Position numbers and translations under genes: made by a program. The notes beneath the pieces were generated by a model that saw only the letters and a program-made list of their open reading frames with translations, had not been told where the DNA came from and did no database searches. 64,000 nucleotides of DNA, from positions 11,967,585 to 12,031,584 of the forward strand of contig CM119268.1 of the NCBI GenBank assembly GCA_051294375.1, written 5' to 3'. Positions 24,429 to 38,800 of the stretch are shown one piece after another. The stretch comes from Paraspadella gotoi. Taxonomy: Eukaryota; Animalia; Chaetognatha. The stretch's first letter is position 1. Each line of letters starts with the position of its first letter.

Positions 24429-27400
24429 CTATTTAGTTTTTTTTCTGTTTCCCCTTTTTTCTTTTCTTTTTCTTTCTTTTCTTTTCTTTTCTTTTCTTTC
24501 TTTTCTTTTCTTTTTTTTTTTTTTTTCTTTTTTTCCCTTTTTTCTTTTCTTTTTTCTTTTTCTTTCCTCTTTTCTCTCTCTTTACTCCTTCATCCTCGAC
24601 CCGGCACTCAAAAAAAAAAAAAAAAAAATCAGAGTTGATGTGCCAGGCAGAGATTAAACTTGTTCTGAATCAGCACCTATTTTCTGCTGATGAGCGAATC
24701 TTAAAAAGTGCATTGTGCAGCAAGAGAACGAAGAGTGAGACAGAGAGCGAGAGACGAGAGGGAATAAGGGGGAGAGTGAGAGTGAATCAGGCGAGGGACA
24801 GGAGCACGAGAGCGACCCCGTCGTCGCGACGCGGCGAAGAAGGAAAAATAAAAGTTAGGGACCATCAGCGACGATCTCGCGAAACGTCTCACCAATCAAA
24901 ACGGAGGCTTCGACCGAGCGAAGGGGATAGATTATATATTTTTTTCGATTCTTAATCTGTAGACATTAAAACGAGTTGAGAAGAAGAGAGAGAAGGGGCA
25001 TTAGCAACGTGGTGATGGGATTAGGCTGGAGGTCTCGACGGGCGGACTCCGACTGTGTTACAAATGTTTGTCTCGGCCAAGTTTTAGAGGTTTAAAGAAC
25101 GAGAGATTTACCCTAAACTCAAGTTCGGATCGTGACTTTAGTTTGTTTTAATTTTTTTTTCCTGGCTACAAAAGAGTACCTTATTATTATTATTATCATC
25201 GGGACGGCTACTTCAAACAGAAGAGGTAGTAAATATATTGTTTGGAAACGATCATAGTTGAGATCAATGATCAAGATAATTAAATCCAAAGAACCGACCA
25301 ATATCAGCTCTACCTGTTCTCGGATGCGATAACTCTCCTTCCACAATACCAAACTTTCAGAAAAACTTTGCCTTCCCTCGACTCTCCTTCATAATTCATG
25401 AGGCTCGAAAATAAAAGCGCACAAAAACCTTTCGAAAAAGATAAAAGAAAAAATCCTCGGCTTTTTATTACGTGGGAAAGAACTCTATCGTAAAAATTTG
25501 GTTCGTTCCATTGTTTTCGCGGGTGACCCCTTGACCCCGGCGACCGAGGTCAGCGTCCAAAGGTCAACGTCGAGAGAAAAAAAGAAATCGACAACATGCA
25601 AATAAATTTTTGGGCTTAAAACTCAGAAATATACACGCGAAAAAATAAGAGGGTCTGAGGCATTTGGGGACGGGAGCAAAGAGAGAGAGGCGAGCGGTGG
25701 GAGAAATAGGAGGTTTAAGGGTAAGTTGGGAGAGAGAAGGTGAGGGAAGACTGAGGGACGATGCCGAAGCAAAACAAGGAAAGAGCTGATTGTGGCGAGG
25801 CTATACAACGCTATAAGTGATGAAATTGAAAAAGGATGGAGAGAGGAAGGGAAGACAGATTCGAATGCGAACGAAAGAAAGAGACAGAGAAAGCGATGGT
25901 ATGTAGTATTCCCCATTAATACTTAAGGGTGGCGCTTTGTTATTAAATCATCTTTGGAATTTATACCACTTCATTGATAGGGAAGCAAGGTATCTGGGTG
26001 AATAAACGAGACTGTGAGAGTGTCTTGATTGAAAGCTTGCAGTGTAGTTAGTATCTTGTAAGAGGGTAGAGGTCTCAACCATAGGCTGTCCAGTGTCAAA
26101 GTCAGGTATAGGAAAGCCTATTTATAAATGAAAGATTTTTTTTATATTGTTTGTACCAATTTCATATAATGACTTTGAAAAATTGATACTTATCATTTTT
26201 CGTAGAATTTCCGATAAAAAGGTAGATTTTAAAAAAATTATTCTTGTGGTTTTAGTTGTTTTTTTCCTGCAATGCGATTGGAAATGTATCAATTCCAAAA
26301 GATCGGGAAGCACTGTAGATAATCTACACCGCAGGCGAGCGGAATTTTCGAGAATCTGTCGTCGATCGGCAAATCGCCTTTCCATCTCCGAATATTTTTC
26401 GATTCTTAAAAAATGAAAAATTAAAGTTTTTTTACGAAACCGCTCGCGAGGGGGCGAGGCTGGGTGGTAACGACGGTACCAGGCATGAATGAGGATGAGG
26501 GGAGGGAAGACTGTACAGGGTTTGTAAATGGAGCTGTTCGATATGCGAAAATAATTTCGAAGAGAGAAAAATACGCTCGTCTATTCTAAAAGAGCGAGAG
26601 GAAGAAAGAACGAAAGAAAGGGAAGAACGAAGGAAAAAATTAAACAAAAAAAACAAAAAGAAAACAAGATCGTTGTTTGTTAAAAGGTGCAGAATAATAA
26701 TTCCCTCAATTACTTTTCGAGTTGTATTTATTCTACATCACTTTTAAGGCAAAAAAACTGCATAAAACGTATCGTTTAGGTACATCGCGATCGAGTTTCA
26801 GAAACAGTCAACCTTACATTATCAAACCGAAATTAAACCGATTTGCGGCTAGAAGCAAAGAGAAGGACCGCAGTTCGGCAAGGAATGCGGCAGCCTTTGT
26901 GCGGGTTGTGTCAATAAAACGGAACTCAACACGCAAGGCCAGTGACTCTGAATCTCTGAGGACCAAGAAAAAAAAAGAAAAAAAACTGAAAATTGGACGG
27001 TGGATGAACTGACTCGGAGTTATTCCGAAAGAAAAAGTTTAATCACGAAATCGAAAGAAAAAAAAACCTGCTCTTCTGATTTTATAGTTCATCGCTTAAG
27101 GTCGACTCGTTCGCGCATGTATGTGGGAAAGGTACAATATCGGAGCTTATATGCGGTTTAACAATAAATAATAGAAAGTAGCAGTTCGCTCTTTAGTACA
27201 AATTGTACTGCATTTTACCAGAATCGGGTTTAATAATAGACATACAAACTGAGACGATAACGACCGGACATGACGGATTTTCTCGAACGGCGTCATGGGG
27301 CGAAGAGATGAATGGGCTCTGGTCGCGGGAGGAGGAGGAGGAAGAGAGGAGCGGCGAAGTGAAACTTGAGGAGAGGAAATTCCAGAATCCCTGGGTCAAA

Positions 27401-28821
27401 ATTCATCAGAATCGCAGCGGTCATTTTGCTGATCGAAATCAATTCCCCCCCCCTTTGCAAAAAAAAAATGTTGTGCCTGTCAAAATGGGAATCGCGTTTC
27501 GTGTTGGAAAACGAAAAACAACAAAAAAACAAAAAAAAAAAAAAAGTGACCGAGAAGATTAAATTAGACAATCTTATTTCTATTTCTACAATACCCACAG
27601 GTAAACCAATCTTTCTCCCGATATTTACGGCAGAAAAAAAAGAATTCAGAAGAACAGTCTCATTCCCCAATTATGCGACTAAACTTGACGATAGATCTTT
27701 TCCCTTCCAACGCGTTATCAATCTTCGATCTCATTCTCCAACATTTGTTCCCTTCTTTCATTTTTTTCCCCTTCGTCCGTAATTTATTCTTCGGCCCAAA
27801 TCACGACTGACCGTAAGACGGTATGAATAACGAAACGACCGACGGCTTTTGTTAGTCTTTCCTTCTCCCCCCCCCTCCTTTTAAAACTCTTCCCCCCCCA
27901 GACTCTTTTGCCCGAATTTCGCGGCCCCGATGGCTCGACTCGCTCCCCACACAACCTTCCTCCCCCCTCGTCGAAAATTTGAGGGTTTTTTCGGTCTTTT
28001 TCCCACTCGAGTTCCCGCAATTTTTTACGTCGGCGATCGATCCTCCCCCCTAAGCTCCCCCTCCTTAAATTGAGCCCTAGTCCCTTATTTTCTACCCCTC
28101 TACACCCCCCCCTTTTCCCTTTTAAAAACCGCATCTCCCCCCCCACGACGATTCCAATGGACGATTTGACCGGCGCAAAAAAAAATGACCGAATTTCGCC
28201 AGAAAAAGAAAAAAACTGGAAAGGATGACGTCGGGGTTTTTGCGTGCCAAGTTTTGTGTGTGTTTCAGGAGATGGGTGTCTAAGCGAGGCTGTAGTTCGG
28301 TTTAAGGTCTTCGGTGAAGTGTAAATCTAAAAATTAAGTCTTTATAAGTTATTTGGAGACTTATATTTCAGTGACGGCTTTATTAACTTTATTATGTGCT
28401 TCATGTGGCTTCAATTTTTTTCAGCTGTGTGTTTTTGTGTGCGGAACTAGCAAATAAAATACGATGGACAACGTCAACTGTGGCAACGGTTCTCCCTCTC
28501 TCTCTCTCTCCCTCTCTCTCTTCCATTTTTTTCCATACCCCCGTCGATAAAAAGTTTTCCTCCTCAAACGGCCGATGCAACAATAGAGGGTCAGAAAATG
28601 AGGGGAAGGAAGAGAAGAAGGGATATGAAAGGAGGGCAAAGGGAAAAGGGCGGAAAAAGGGGGAGGTAGGGTGGGGGCGATGAGAAATGTGGTCAGGGAG
28701 GAAGTTGGCGAAAGGGCGGCTAAGCGATATTCATGGGGGTTTTATCGTTAAACAGGGGGAGTTATGATTTTGGTCATTTTGGTTTTGTGTTGGTAAAGAG
28801 AGAGAGAGAGAGAGAGAGAAT

Positions 28822-28877
<56 letters not shown>

Positions 28878-29334
28878 AGAGGGTAGAAGAGTGGGTGGGA
28901 ATCTGGTCAAATTTTTTTCTTTTTATATGCCGGCAAAATATCAAGTAACTAATCTTTTTAATAATTCGTTTCGGAAAAAGAGAGAAAGAGATGGAGAGAA
29001 ACGAAGAGAGAGACAGAGAGAGATAAAAATAACGACACTAATAACGGCCAGAGAACAAGGCTAATCACAATGACACAACGACGATGGACACCGCGATGAT
29101 GACGGCGTGGAAGCCTCCGCGATGATGTCCACCGATGCGACGACGACGACGACGACGAGACGCGTCGCTGATCAGACTTGACCCATGTTTCTCATGACAA
29201 TCGATCGCAGAGGATAACCTGCTCCACAAAAAAGGTTACTCGATAATTTGGCCAAGTTCTTTTCATTGGGAGAAAATGCCATGAATACAATTTCCGTTTT
29301 CCCCTCTCTCTCTCTCTCTCTCCTCTTCTTCTCC

Positions 29335-29367
<33 letters not shown>

Positions 29368-30128
29368 CTCTTCTCTATTCTCTCTACTTCTCTCACTCTC
29401 TCTCTCTCTCTCTCTTTTCACTTTCACAGATTTTCCGCCAAGGGAAACTGCAGTCTGCACTCTGGTCAAACGAATTCTTCCTTTTACGTTATCCTATTTC
29501 TCCAAAGAAATCGATTAGCAAGAAAGGGATATTGTTAAAGTTATACTTTTTGAAATAGTTGACTTTTCTGTTATTTGTAATTTAATTTAATAGTAAATAA
29601 TACTTAAGTTTGGACCCCTTTCTTTTCCTCTTATACCTTCATCGCCTCCTTCGCCTCCTTCGCCTCCTCTTCTCCTCTTTCTTTTCTTCTTCCTCTTCCT
29701 CTTCCTCTCGCCAAACGATGATCGTCGGCGTCTTTTAAACAATGACCACAGTGACTTTAGTTGACAATGCCAATTAATTATTAACCATAAATCAGCTCCC
29801 GAGTTAATAAAAAACAATAATTATTTAACAAAGAATTAATTAACGAACTGAGGAAATTAGTAACCGCATCATGAAAAGTTTGTCAATGAAATAAATGCAT
29901 GAATGTATTTAATTTTTATGAAATCTTATACACTTGATCAAGCAATCAATCAAAGAATAAATTGTCAAATTATAACCAAAAGAACCAAAGAAAAAAAATA
30001 TGGAAAGTGTTAACGACTCATGACGAAACGTTTTAGCCTGAGAGCCACGTGAGAAGTAGAGTCAATATTTTATGACCGGGATATGAGAGAGCGAAAGAGA
30101 GAGAGAGAGAGAGAGAGAGAGATGAGAG

Positions 30129-30176
<48 letters not shown>

Positions 30177-30708
30177 AACGAAACAGGGGTCAAAACCTCG
30201 TCGCGAGAATGAGTGGGTTAACGTGAGAGGTCGAGTCAAAGGTCACGATAGGGTCAACGTGGGTTCCACTCACGGGCACGTGAAACTCATTTGCATATTC
30301 GAAGTGAATGAGAATGAACTCTGGGCTCGAGTTAAGCAGAACCAGCGACGAGAAAGAAACGAAGTAGTCCGTCGCGACATATTGCAATAATGGATAATAA
30401 AAAAAAAAAAAAAACATAAAGCGATCGGTTCTCGATCCAGATTCGCTCTATATCCCGTAGTAACGTCGTGGTGCAATGATGTTCCATTTGCGTACAATTT
30501 TCGAACAGCGCTGAAGGTCCTTGTAACTGCCCCCTTCTCCCCTTGACGTCCTCGAGATAATTATAGTCGTAGGTAATCATCGCTTAACAATTAACCCTTC
30601 CAACTTTTTCATTTCGATCTCTCTCTGTCTCTCTGTCTCTCTGTCTCTCTCTCTCTCTTTTTCTCTTCTTTCACATCCAGTAAAAAAACTAATTTTTTTG
30701 CCCTATAT

Positions 30709-30739
<31 letters not shown>

Positions 30740-33700
30740 GCTCTCTCCTCTCTCTCTCTCTCTCTCCCCCATACCTCTCTCACATTTTTTACCAGTGAAA
30801 CGGACCAGAAACAAAAAAGAGGGGAAAAAAAAAAAGAAATTATGGGCACACAAAGAAAGAAAAAAAAAAGAAAAGGAAAATTAGAGGATGTTCTTCTGTT
30901 CTCCGGAGATTTCCTTTCATCTCCTAATGAAAGACGAAGAGAGTAGAGAGAATCTCAGAGGTTTCGAGTCCTGAAGGGAAAAATTAATACAACTCATATA
31001 TGATGAACATCGAGGGAATACGGGGCAAGGATACGAAAGCGACGACGACGACAGCGACGATGGTAACGGCGACGAAATGTAGAACGATCGAAGAAAAGAG
31101 CGACGAACACGAGGGGTTTTTTTCTTTTCTTCGTCGCCTCAGATTTAAAATTAAAACTCATGAAATTCGTTAGTTAATTATTTGTTTTTTTAAAATAGTT
31201 GGCACTCATTTCCGTTGGTGAGGACGAGGTTAGACGACGTTCGGTGGGCGAAATTGGAAACTTTATTCTTTTCATTCAAGATTTACTTTTCTTCTTCGAA
31301 TTTCTTAAAAATGTATTTAATATCTCAGTTGCTCATCCTTTTTTTTCCCCTTTTACTCCTTTACTTTTCCTTTCATTCCTTCTATTACCTTCCGCATTTC
31401 GTCCTTTCTTATCATTTTTTTTTAACGTCTTTTTTTTTTTTTTCGACCGAACCGGATCTACTTTCTTCTCTTACACATCCTCCCTCACCATTTTCATTCC
31501 TCCTTCCTTCACTCTTTCCTTCCGATCTCATCTTCTTCGTTCTGGGCCACGTGACCCTCTCACGTGACGCCGACTTCGCGCGCGACCTTTTCACGTGCGG
31601 TCAAACTCATTTCTCCTTCCATCATCAACATAATAATAGTAATAATCCGTTACGCTTCTCGACATTCCCTTTTTTTTTTTTCCAACAACAGAGACTTTTA
31701 CATTTATAGCAAAGGTTTTTTATATTTTAGTAAATTAAATTCCATGAAATTGTTAAATATATACTTACATATCATTTATACTTTTTAACAATATTCTATA
31801 AGTAACATATTCATATTAATACAATGTTGTACCATTACATTATTTCTATTTTTATATATTTGTTAACCGTAGGTGTATTATTTAGTATACACTTCTCATA
31901 ATAAAAATATTTTAAAATTTATTTTGGTAAAATTGGTTTAAATTTCAATAAATTGTTCACAGTATTAATAACTTTAGCCCTCAATCATCTGATCTCGGTC
32001 ACTTGAGTTTAAATATTTTTTTTAAAATCTGGCCTCTTTTTTCACATCGCTGCCACGCATGCAGGGTGGCCAGAGCAGCGTTGGGCAGTAGATGCCCAGC
32101 GGAGCAAGTGGAATGGACGATGCCATGCTGGACCATTGCCTCAAACACACTCTAGCCCCCAATTTTAGTAGAAAATGTCTTCTCCTAAAAAACGGACCGG
32201 CCAATCTTTGACGAGGTTGTTTTTTTCTCAGAATTTGCAGCTCCCACGAGCAAGCGCACTTCGTTCTGGGTTCCTCGTAGAAACAGAACTTCATTCTTTT
32301 CACGCAGAGGCTGGCAAGTTTTTTTTGACTGTCATTTCCTTCTGCTTATTTTGCTTATGGAGAAAGGATATAAATCAAAATTGACAAATTTTTCATAGTA
32401 AACTGTTACTATAGTTTATTTTCCAGTCCTAATTGACAGCGCTGTAAAATAACAGCTTTTGTCAAAATTTGTTTTCATTCCTCTTAATTTCTTCCTTCAG
32501 GGCAATGACTCTTTTTTTTTGTCAATTGTTAAAGTTTTTTTTGAGCAGAAGATTAAGAATTCATGATTTCACTTGAATATGATCAAGCACCCTGAGGGGA
32601 GATTAGCTCAAAAGGAAATACCAACAATAGTACTGACACACAAATTACCTTCAAGCAAAGATTAACTTACTTTTTTTTTTTTGAAAACTGCAAAGAACTT
32701 ATGTGTGATATCTAATTCATTATTCAGTTTCCTAAAGAGGTAAATAAAACTTCTCAGATTTTTAGGAGCTCTTTTAAAGTTTTCTTCCCTCATAAAATCG
32801 AGCCTAAATTTTATTTCAAACTCTTTTTTTTTGCCAAAATTGAGCGGATGGCAAAGCGCTCTGTGAGTCATCAACGATGGCTCCCTTAATCCTGACCGGA
32901 TGAGTTATCTATGACGTGACATCTTCGTGGTTTAACCAAATAGGCCTGCTGCCCATAGATTCTCCAACGAATGGCTCCTCCGCTAAACGTTTGTTTCTGG
33001 ACATCATAACCCTTCCGCGGGATCAGCGCTGAAAAATGATCTTTGGACGTTGGTGGGCTTCTAATGAAAAATTTGAAAATCTAACGCTCTCCATTTTTCA
33101 CTCCACCATATGAGGAGTTCAAGGAAAGGTCATTTAGTTTAAATCTTTTTAACATAAACTAAACACAACTGTTAGTCATGTATAATTCGTATTTAACCTT
33201 TATTTTATCTTTTAATTTATTTTAAAAATATTTGTTTAGACAGTATATAAAATTGACAAAATTTAACTTTTAAATATATTTTTTTAAAAATTAGTAACTA
33301 AGAACTTACAACTTAAAATTTCGTAGGATTTGAACATGACCTAAAATGAAACTTGCCAGAGGCAATGGGCAAAAAGCCTGAGGCTCAGTCAACTTTAAAA
33401 ATGACCTGAAATTTTTTTTTTTTAAGGGGAAAGAATTTTCTAAAAAAGATTTTGGCAGGCCTGCAGCCAATTTTCTTTAAATCCCTTTAAATGTGGTGAT
33501 CCTATGGTGCCTTCAATAAATTCTCTTTGACCAGCGTTCCTTAAAGCGACAAACCCGTTACGGAATTCATTCACGCTGATGGGTTCGCTTTGCATTCTGA
33601 GGAAATACGATGCCCTTGCAGGACGTTGGTCGCTTATATGGCTCCTTGTGCCAAATATTGCAACAACTACTTGCCCTCGTGCAGCGCTGCAAACCATCAT

Positions 33701-34561
33701 CTTTGGCCATGACAACAAGCGAGCTCTGATGTTAGGGATCAGTCCTTCAGCGTTCACTGAGTTAGAAGGGCCACAGCTGTCCATGGCACCAATAATGACT
33801 ATCCATGATAATATGGAAATTGAATTGGAATGCTTTTTTTTCTTTTTACTTTTATTTAATAACTTTATTTTTTTGAAGAAAAATTTTTTTATAATATTTT
33901 CTCCTCAATTTATACACTCTATTATTTAATTTAAACTTAAAGTTTACATATATACTAACAACAGTTAGAATAAGAAACTGCTGCCACATTACCTTCCTAA
34001 GTTCGCCTATTGTTTGTGCCAGAGGGAAGTCCTAATCCGATTTTTGCTCTGATTATAGTGTCACCGATCATCTCGGTTTTACTGACGACTTATCCATCAT
34101 TTTCGCGCTTTTTCTCTTTTTTTTTTTCCAACACATAATCCTCTGAGCCTGATTCATTCTAGAGTTTGACTGATGATGAATAAAACTTTTTGTCTGACTC
34201 AAAATGTAGCTGTACTTACTTCAAACTGTGACTGACTGAAATAGTAGACATTAATTAGGCCGGTTTATGGTATTCACATGAAGTATTTATTTAATAGGCA
34301 ACTAAATGTAAAGGATAATAACTGGATACATGATGAAATGCAACAAAATATGGTAACAAAACTAAAGAGGGGTCTTATAACATAAAATTGAAAAATTGAC
34401 CAAGTTAACCTCTCCTAAAAACTGATGACAATAAAGTACTGACGTTAGGAGGAACAGAAATTTTATAATTTCGTGGAACCAATGTACATCACAGATAGTT
34501 TTCATAAGGTTACAGATAAAGAAAGAAGAATGAAGGATTGAGAGAGCAAAAAAATATAAAG

Positions 34562-34609
<48 letters not shown>

Positions 34610-35799
34610 CCGCGTTTTCTTCAATGACTAATCTAAGGTTTGACTGTTCCACCTGCATTACACACTGTCCAACGTTATGAGTATTTCAGACTTTGTAGTG
34701 TGATATCTATAATACAGATAATAGTGACTTTGACCTCTCGAGCGGTTTCAGCGGAATTAGAGTCAGCAGTTTTCAATCAATGCCACGTACTTGATCAAAG
34801 ATTGGACGTATAAAATAAAGTAAGGAAAAACATAGTACCATCAAAAGATAATTACCAACAGATTGATATCAGGTAGCCACGAACCCCACGTTTGATGACA
34901 ATAGAAAAGTCAGCTTTAATGACATAAATAAACACAAATAAAACCTTTCACCTTAATAATTTTTCGTTTCAAATTCACATCTAGAAATGGACCGATTATT
35001 AAAATAAGCACTCACCAAATATAGCCTTACGTGATTTGGAGAAAATAAGAAAATTATACTGGGATTGTTACAAAAATATTCAAATGATGTTAAAATTTTT
35101 TTTTTTTCGAAAATAAGGTGATCAAATTAAAGAAATTATCAATGCAGTCATTAGGGATTCAAAATACATTTTGTCCATAAATCATTGGATTTTTTTTTTA
35201 GCCATTTTCGAAAGAGACGAATGTAAGGAATCTGTCACCATTGACCCTCGTCGGAAAAGAGATGCAATGGAATGAAACAGACATGTTTATTTGCTCAATT
35301 TATACAGTGCTTAAGAAACAACAGTGATTTGAAATCTAGCAACACTGTGCATTTAATGAGTAAGTTTAGCGGAAAAAACAATTTTTTTTTCGTATCTGAC
35401 ACAAAGTTTAGTTTAATTTAACTCTTTTGCTGGGAAAGTAAATAATCAAAATTCCGCCGATGTGCATTTGTAAAGTTCAAACGTTTGATGTTGGTGACTG
35501 AAAATTAAAAACAAAATAAATTATTCTCATAAAACCATTAATTTTTATCTATGTTTTTTTCAACAGCAATTGGCCCGAAGCTGAAATCAATATTTTTTTT
35601 CATGAATGAGAATAACTAAAAATAATTTTTTTTTATATAAAAAAGTTTAAAAAAGAAAGAAAACCAAAAATGAAGACGGAAGCAGAGAAGAATTATTATT
35701 ATGAACACTCATTTTTGTTTGACGCTGTAACGACGACGATGGGGAAAAAAGAGAACGGGATTCAATTTCTTTTTATTTTTTAGGAGAGCTGGGACGGGA

Positions 35800-35832
<33 letters not shown>

Positions 35833-38800
35833 AAGAGAGAAAGAGAGCGAGAGAGCAAAAAACTTGGTAGCAAATTTGTATCATGAGATGAGAAAAAATG
35901 AAATGAAAGAGGGGTAGATCTGAAGACGTTAGATTTCAAAGAATCTCAGAAACGATGCGGGGACCAAAAACCCTTTTTCTTCAGACGAGGCGAAATAATC
36001 TTTGCCTTTTTTTTGGTAAAGCAAGAAATAAAATTCGTCTCGATTTCACTTAGAGAAAGAGGTTGGCTCCCGGAAAAAAAATGAAAAAATAGCGAGATTC
36101 TTGAAATCATGAGGTCCAATTGGAACCCGTGCTTAGAAGTCAGTCATAGTAATCATTTATCGAGATAAGAATAAAAGAAAACATTAAATCAATAATCGTA
36201 ATTGTAAAAAAAATTAAGGGAGAAGAAGTTTGTTTGGTTGTTTTAAAAAATCGTATTTTTAATATTTTTTTTGCGAAACATATATTTTTTTTCTTTCAAA
36301 AAATGAACCCATATTTGTAGTTGAACGACGACTCCATCAGAAACAATGGATATGAATAATCTTTTTTTTTTCATTTATTATCGACCGAAAAAAAAAATAG
36401 TAAAATATGATTTCCAAGCTCTCATAGACCTATTTCATAAAGATCACGAGGATCGCTGCGTTTCCATAAACCAAAGCGAAATTTACATATAAGAAAATAA
36501 ATTAATTAGAAAAACAAAAGTTTATGTCTTTTAAAAAGTAAACGTATAATAGAAAAATAAATTAATCGGTTTCTGATGGAGTTGTCTCGAAATATCGGTA
36601 CCTCATCCATGAGATTCGGTACCTGAACGCGGAAGAATCGGCGGCGGCGGCGGCGGCGGCGGCGGCAGGGGTTATTATTGAATTTTGGCTCAGCCCCGGG
36701 CCACGGCCCCCCGGGGGGTGGGATAGTATGACCCGCGTTCCACCCCCAATGACGAGAGGCGAGGCCCCGGGCTTGCCACAGTGAAAAAGAGGTCAGTAGT
36801 CATTGGTTCTTTTCTTGTTTAGAATCCGCAAACAAAAATCGCGGAAATCAGAATGAAATCGAATTGAGAAGTTTTGGGGTTTTTTTTTAAACAAAATTTT
36901 TGGCTTTATTGACTTGAAATAAATCATTTCGGGAAATAGTAAAATATTGTAAAAGAAAAAAAACAGTTTAAATCTAAAAAAAATTACCAGATTTAAGCGC
37001 CGAATTTTTTTTTTAATTTTAAAAAAATTCTCAAAAAGATTTCGTTCTGAAAAAAAAGAGGCTTCATGGATAAGTTTTACGGCGGCAGAGAAAGAGATAG
37101 TCCCGTGCAACGAGTTAGCAACAAGAAATCAATTCGTCAACTAAGAATCAAAACATTAATTGCCTAACAATCAATCAATCAATCAATCAAAATGTTGTTT
37201 AATCGATTAATCACTTTTCGCACAGTGAGGTATTTCAGGATCTTTTTTTTTTCAAGTTTGTTGATGGCAAAGTGATAAAAAAAAATATAGAGAAGAGAAG
37301 GGAAAAGAGCAATTAATAATAATAATAGGAAAAAGTAACTCGTATTATTCCGTGAATAACTGGTCGCGTACTGATTACCTCATTTTATTAGTGAAGAAAA
37401 ACTCTCAAAATTTTTTTCTATTCAGGGACAAAAAGACTTCACCAGCCATGGCAACAAATTGTTTTTTTCGTACGCAAAAAGAAAACAAATCTAAATGTCG
37501 GAAACATATTTACCCGAAAATAAACTTTGAAAATTACCACTTAGAAAATATTTTTTTTTAATAATTTTTATATCATTTGCGTTAGGAAAAAAATATCTTA
37601 CTCATTTTTCTTTTTAACCATTTACGATTCAAACATGCAGGGACTCAAGCATTTGTTTCGTGAAACTGGATTGTAGAAACGGTGAAGGGGACAAGGGGGG
37701 GCGGACTAGACGTAGTTACCAACTTTACGGAAGAAAAAAAAACCAAAACTGACTTGGAATTTTTAGCGGAACATTTTTTTTTTCTCGGGCAAAGTTGGAC
37801 GACATCGTCTTCGGACTGGAAATGTGGAAGTCGCTACGACGCGAAAAATAAAACAATGACACCGAAAACATTTTTGTTTTTTTGTTTTCGTGGATAAAAA
37901 AAAGGATATATTTTTTTATTTTTCGCCAAGTAGTAACCGGTAGTAGCTGGTTCCGTCAACGATTCCCTTTCATTCCGATTGTTTTTTTTTTTAAGTTTGT
38001 CTTTGTGTCACTGAATTTTCAAATCCTCAAAAGAAATATGTGAATGATTTACCTTCGTGAAACGGAATGAGAGGGAAGTCGACGGTGAAATTCTGTGAGG
38101 ATGAGGAGGAGGAAAAGGGAAGGAGGCAGAAAGCGGAGGCGGAGAAGAAGATATGTCACTCGTTTGCGAATTCCGATCGAATCTGATCTGAAGACAGATT
38201 TGGAGTCGGGTTCGCAGCCGGGCACGACTAGGAGGTTTTTTGTGTGTTTCATTTTTTTTTTAGTGAAAAATTTTGGTTTTTTTTTTTTCGAAATTAAAAA
38301 AAAATTGGTTAAGGATTTAATTTTCGTTTTATTACGTATCTCTTATTTGTTAACAGTCGCTAGTTGATGCTTAAAAAAGCATTAAACTCATTCGACTGTT
38401 TTCAGGATAGTTTAATACTATTGAATAAAATAACTAAAGATTTCAACCCAAGAAAATAAAGGAGATAAGAATATAGAGGACCGATACTTCGTGTATACTT
38501 CTTAGGAAGTCGTTTACGCTATTTTAATTTCGAGTGAAATGACGTAATCTTTACCTTTTTTTTTACTGTGAATAAGAGTTAAGTTTAAAACGAAATAAAT
38601 TTCTGCATCCGATACGATTTTGTGCTTTAGAATTTCACTTTTGTCGGACATGTAATTAAAAATTATAGGACGATCTTAGCCTTTATGGTCAAATAAAAAG
38701 GCGAATTAAGTGTTGAAATGAAAAGCAAATAATTTTTTTTTGTCAACCTAAAAAAGAAATAACGGGAGCATGCGTCCGAAGAGGAAATTATATGGTAGGA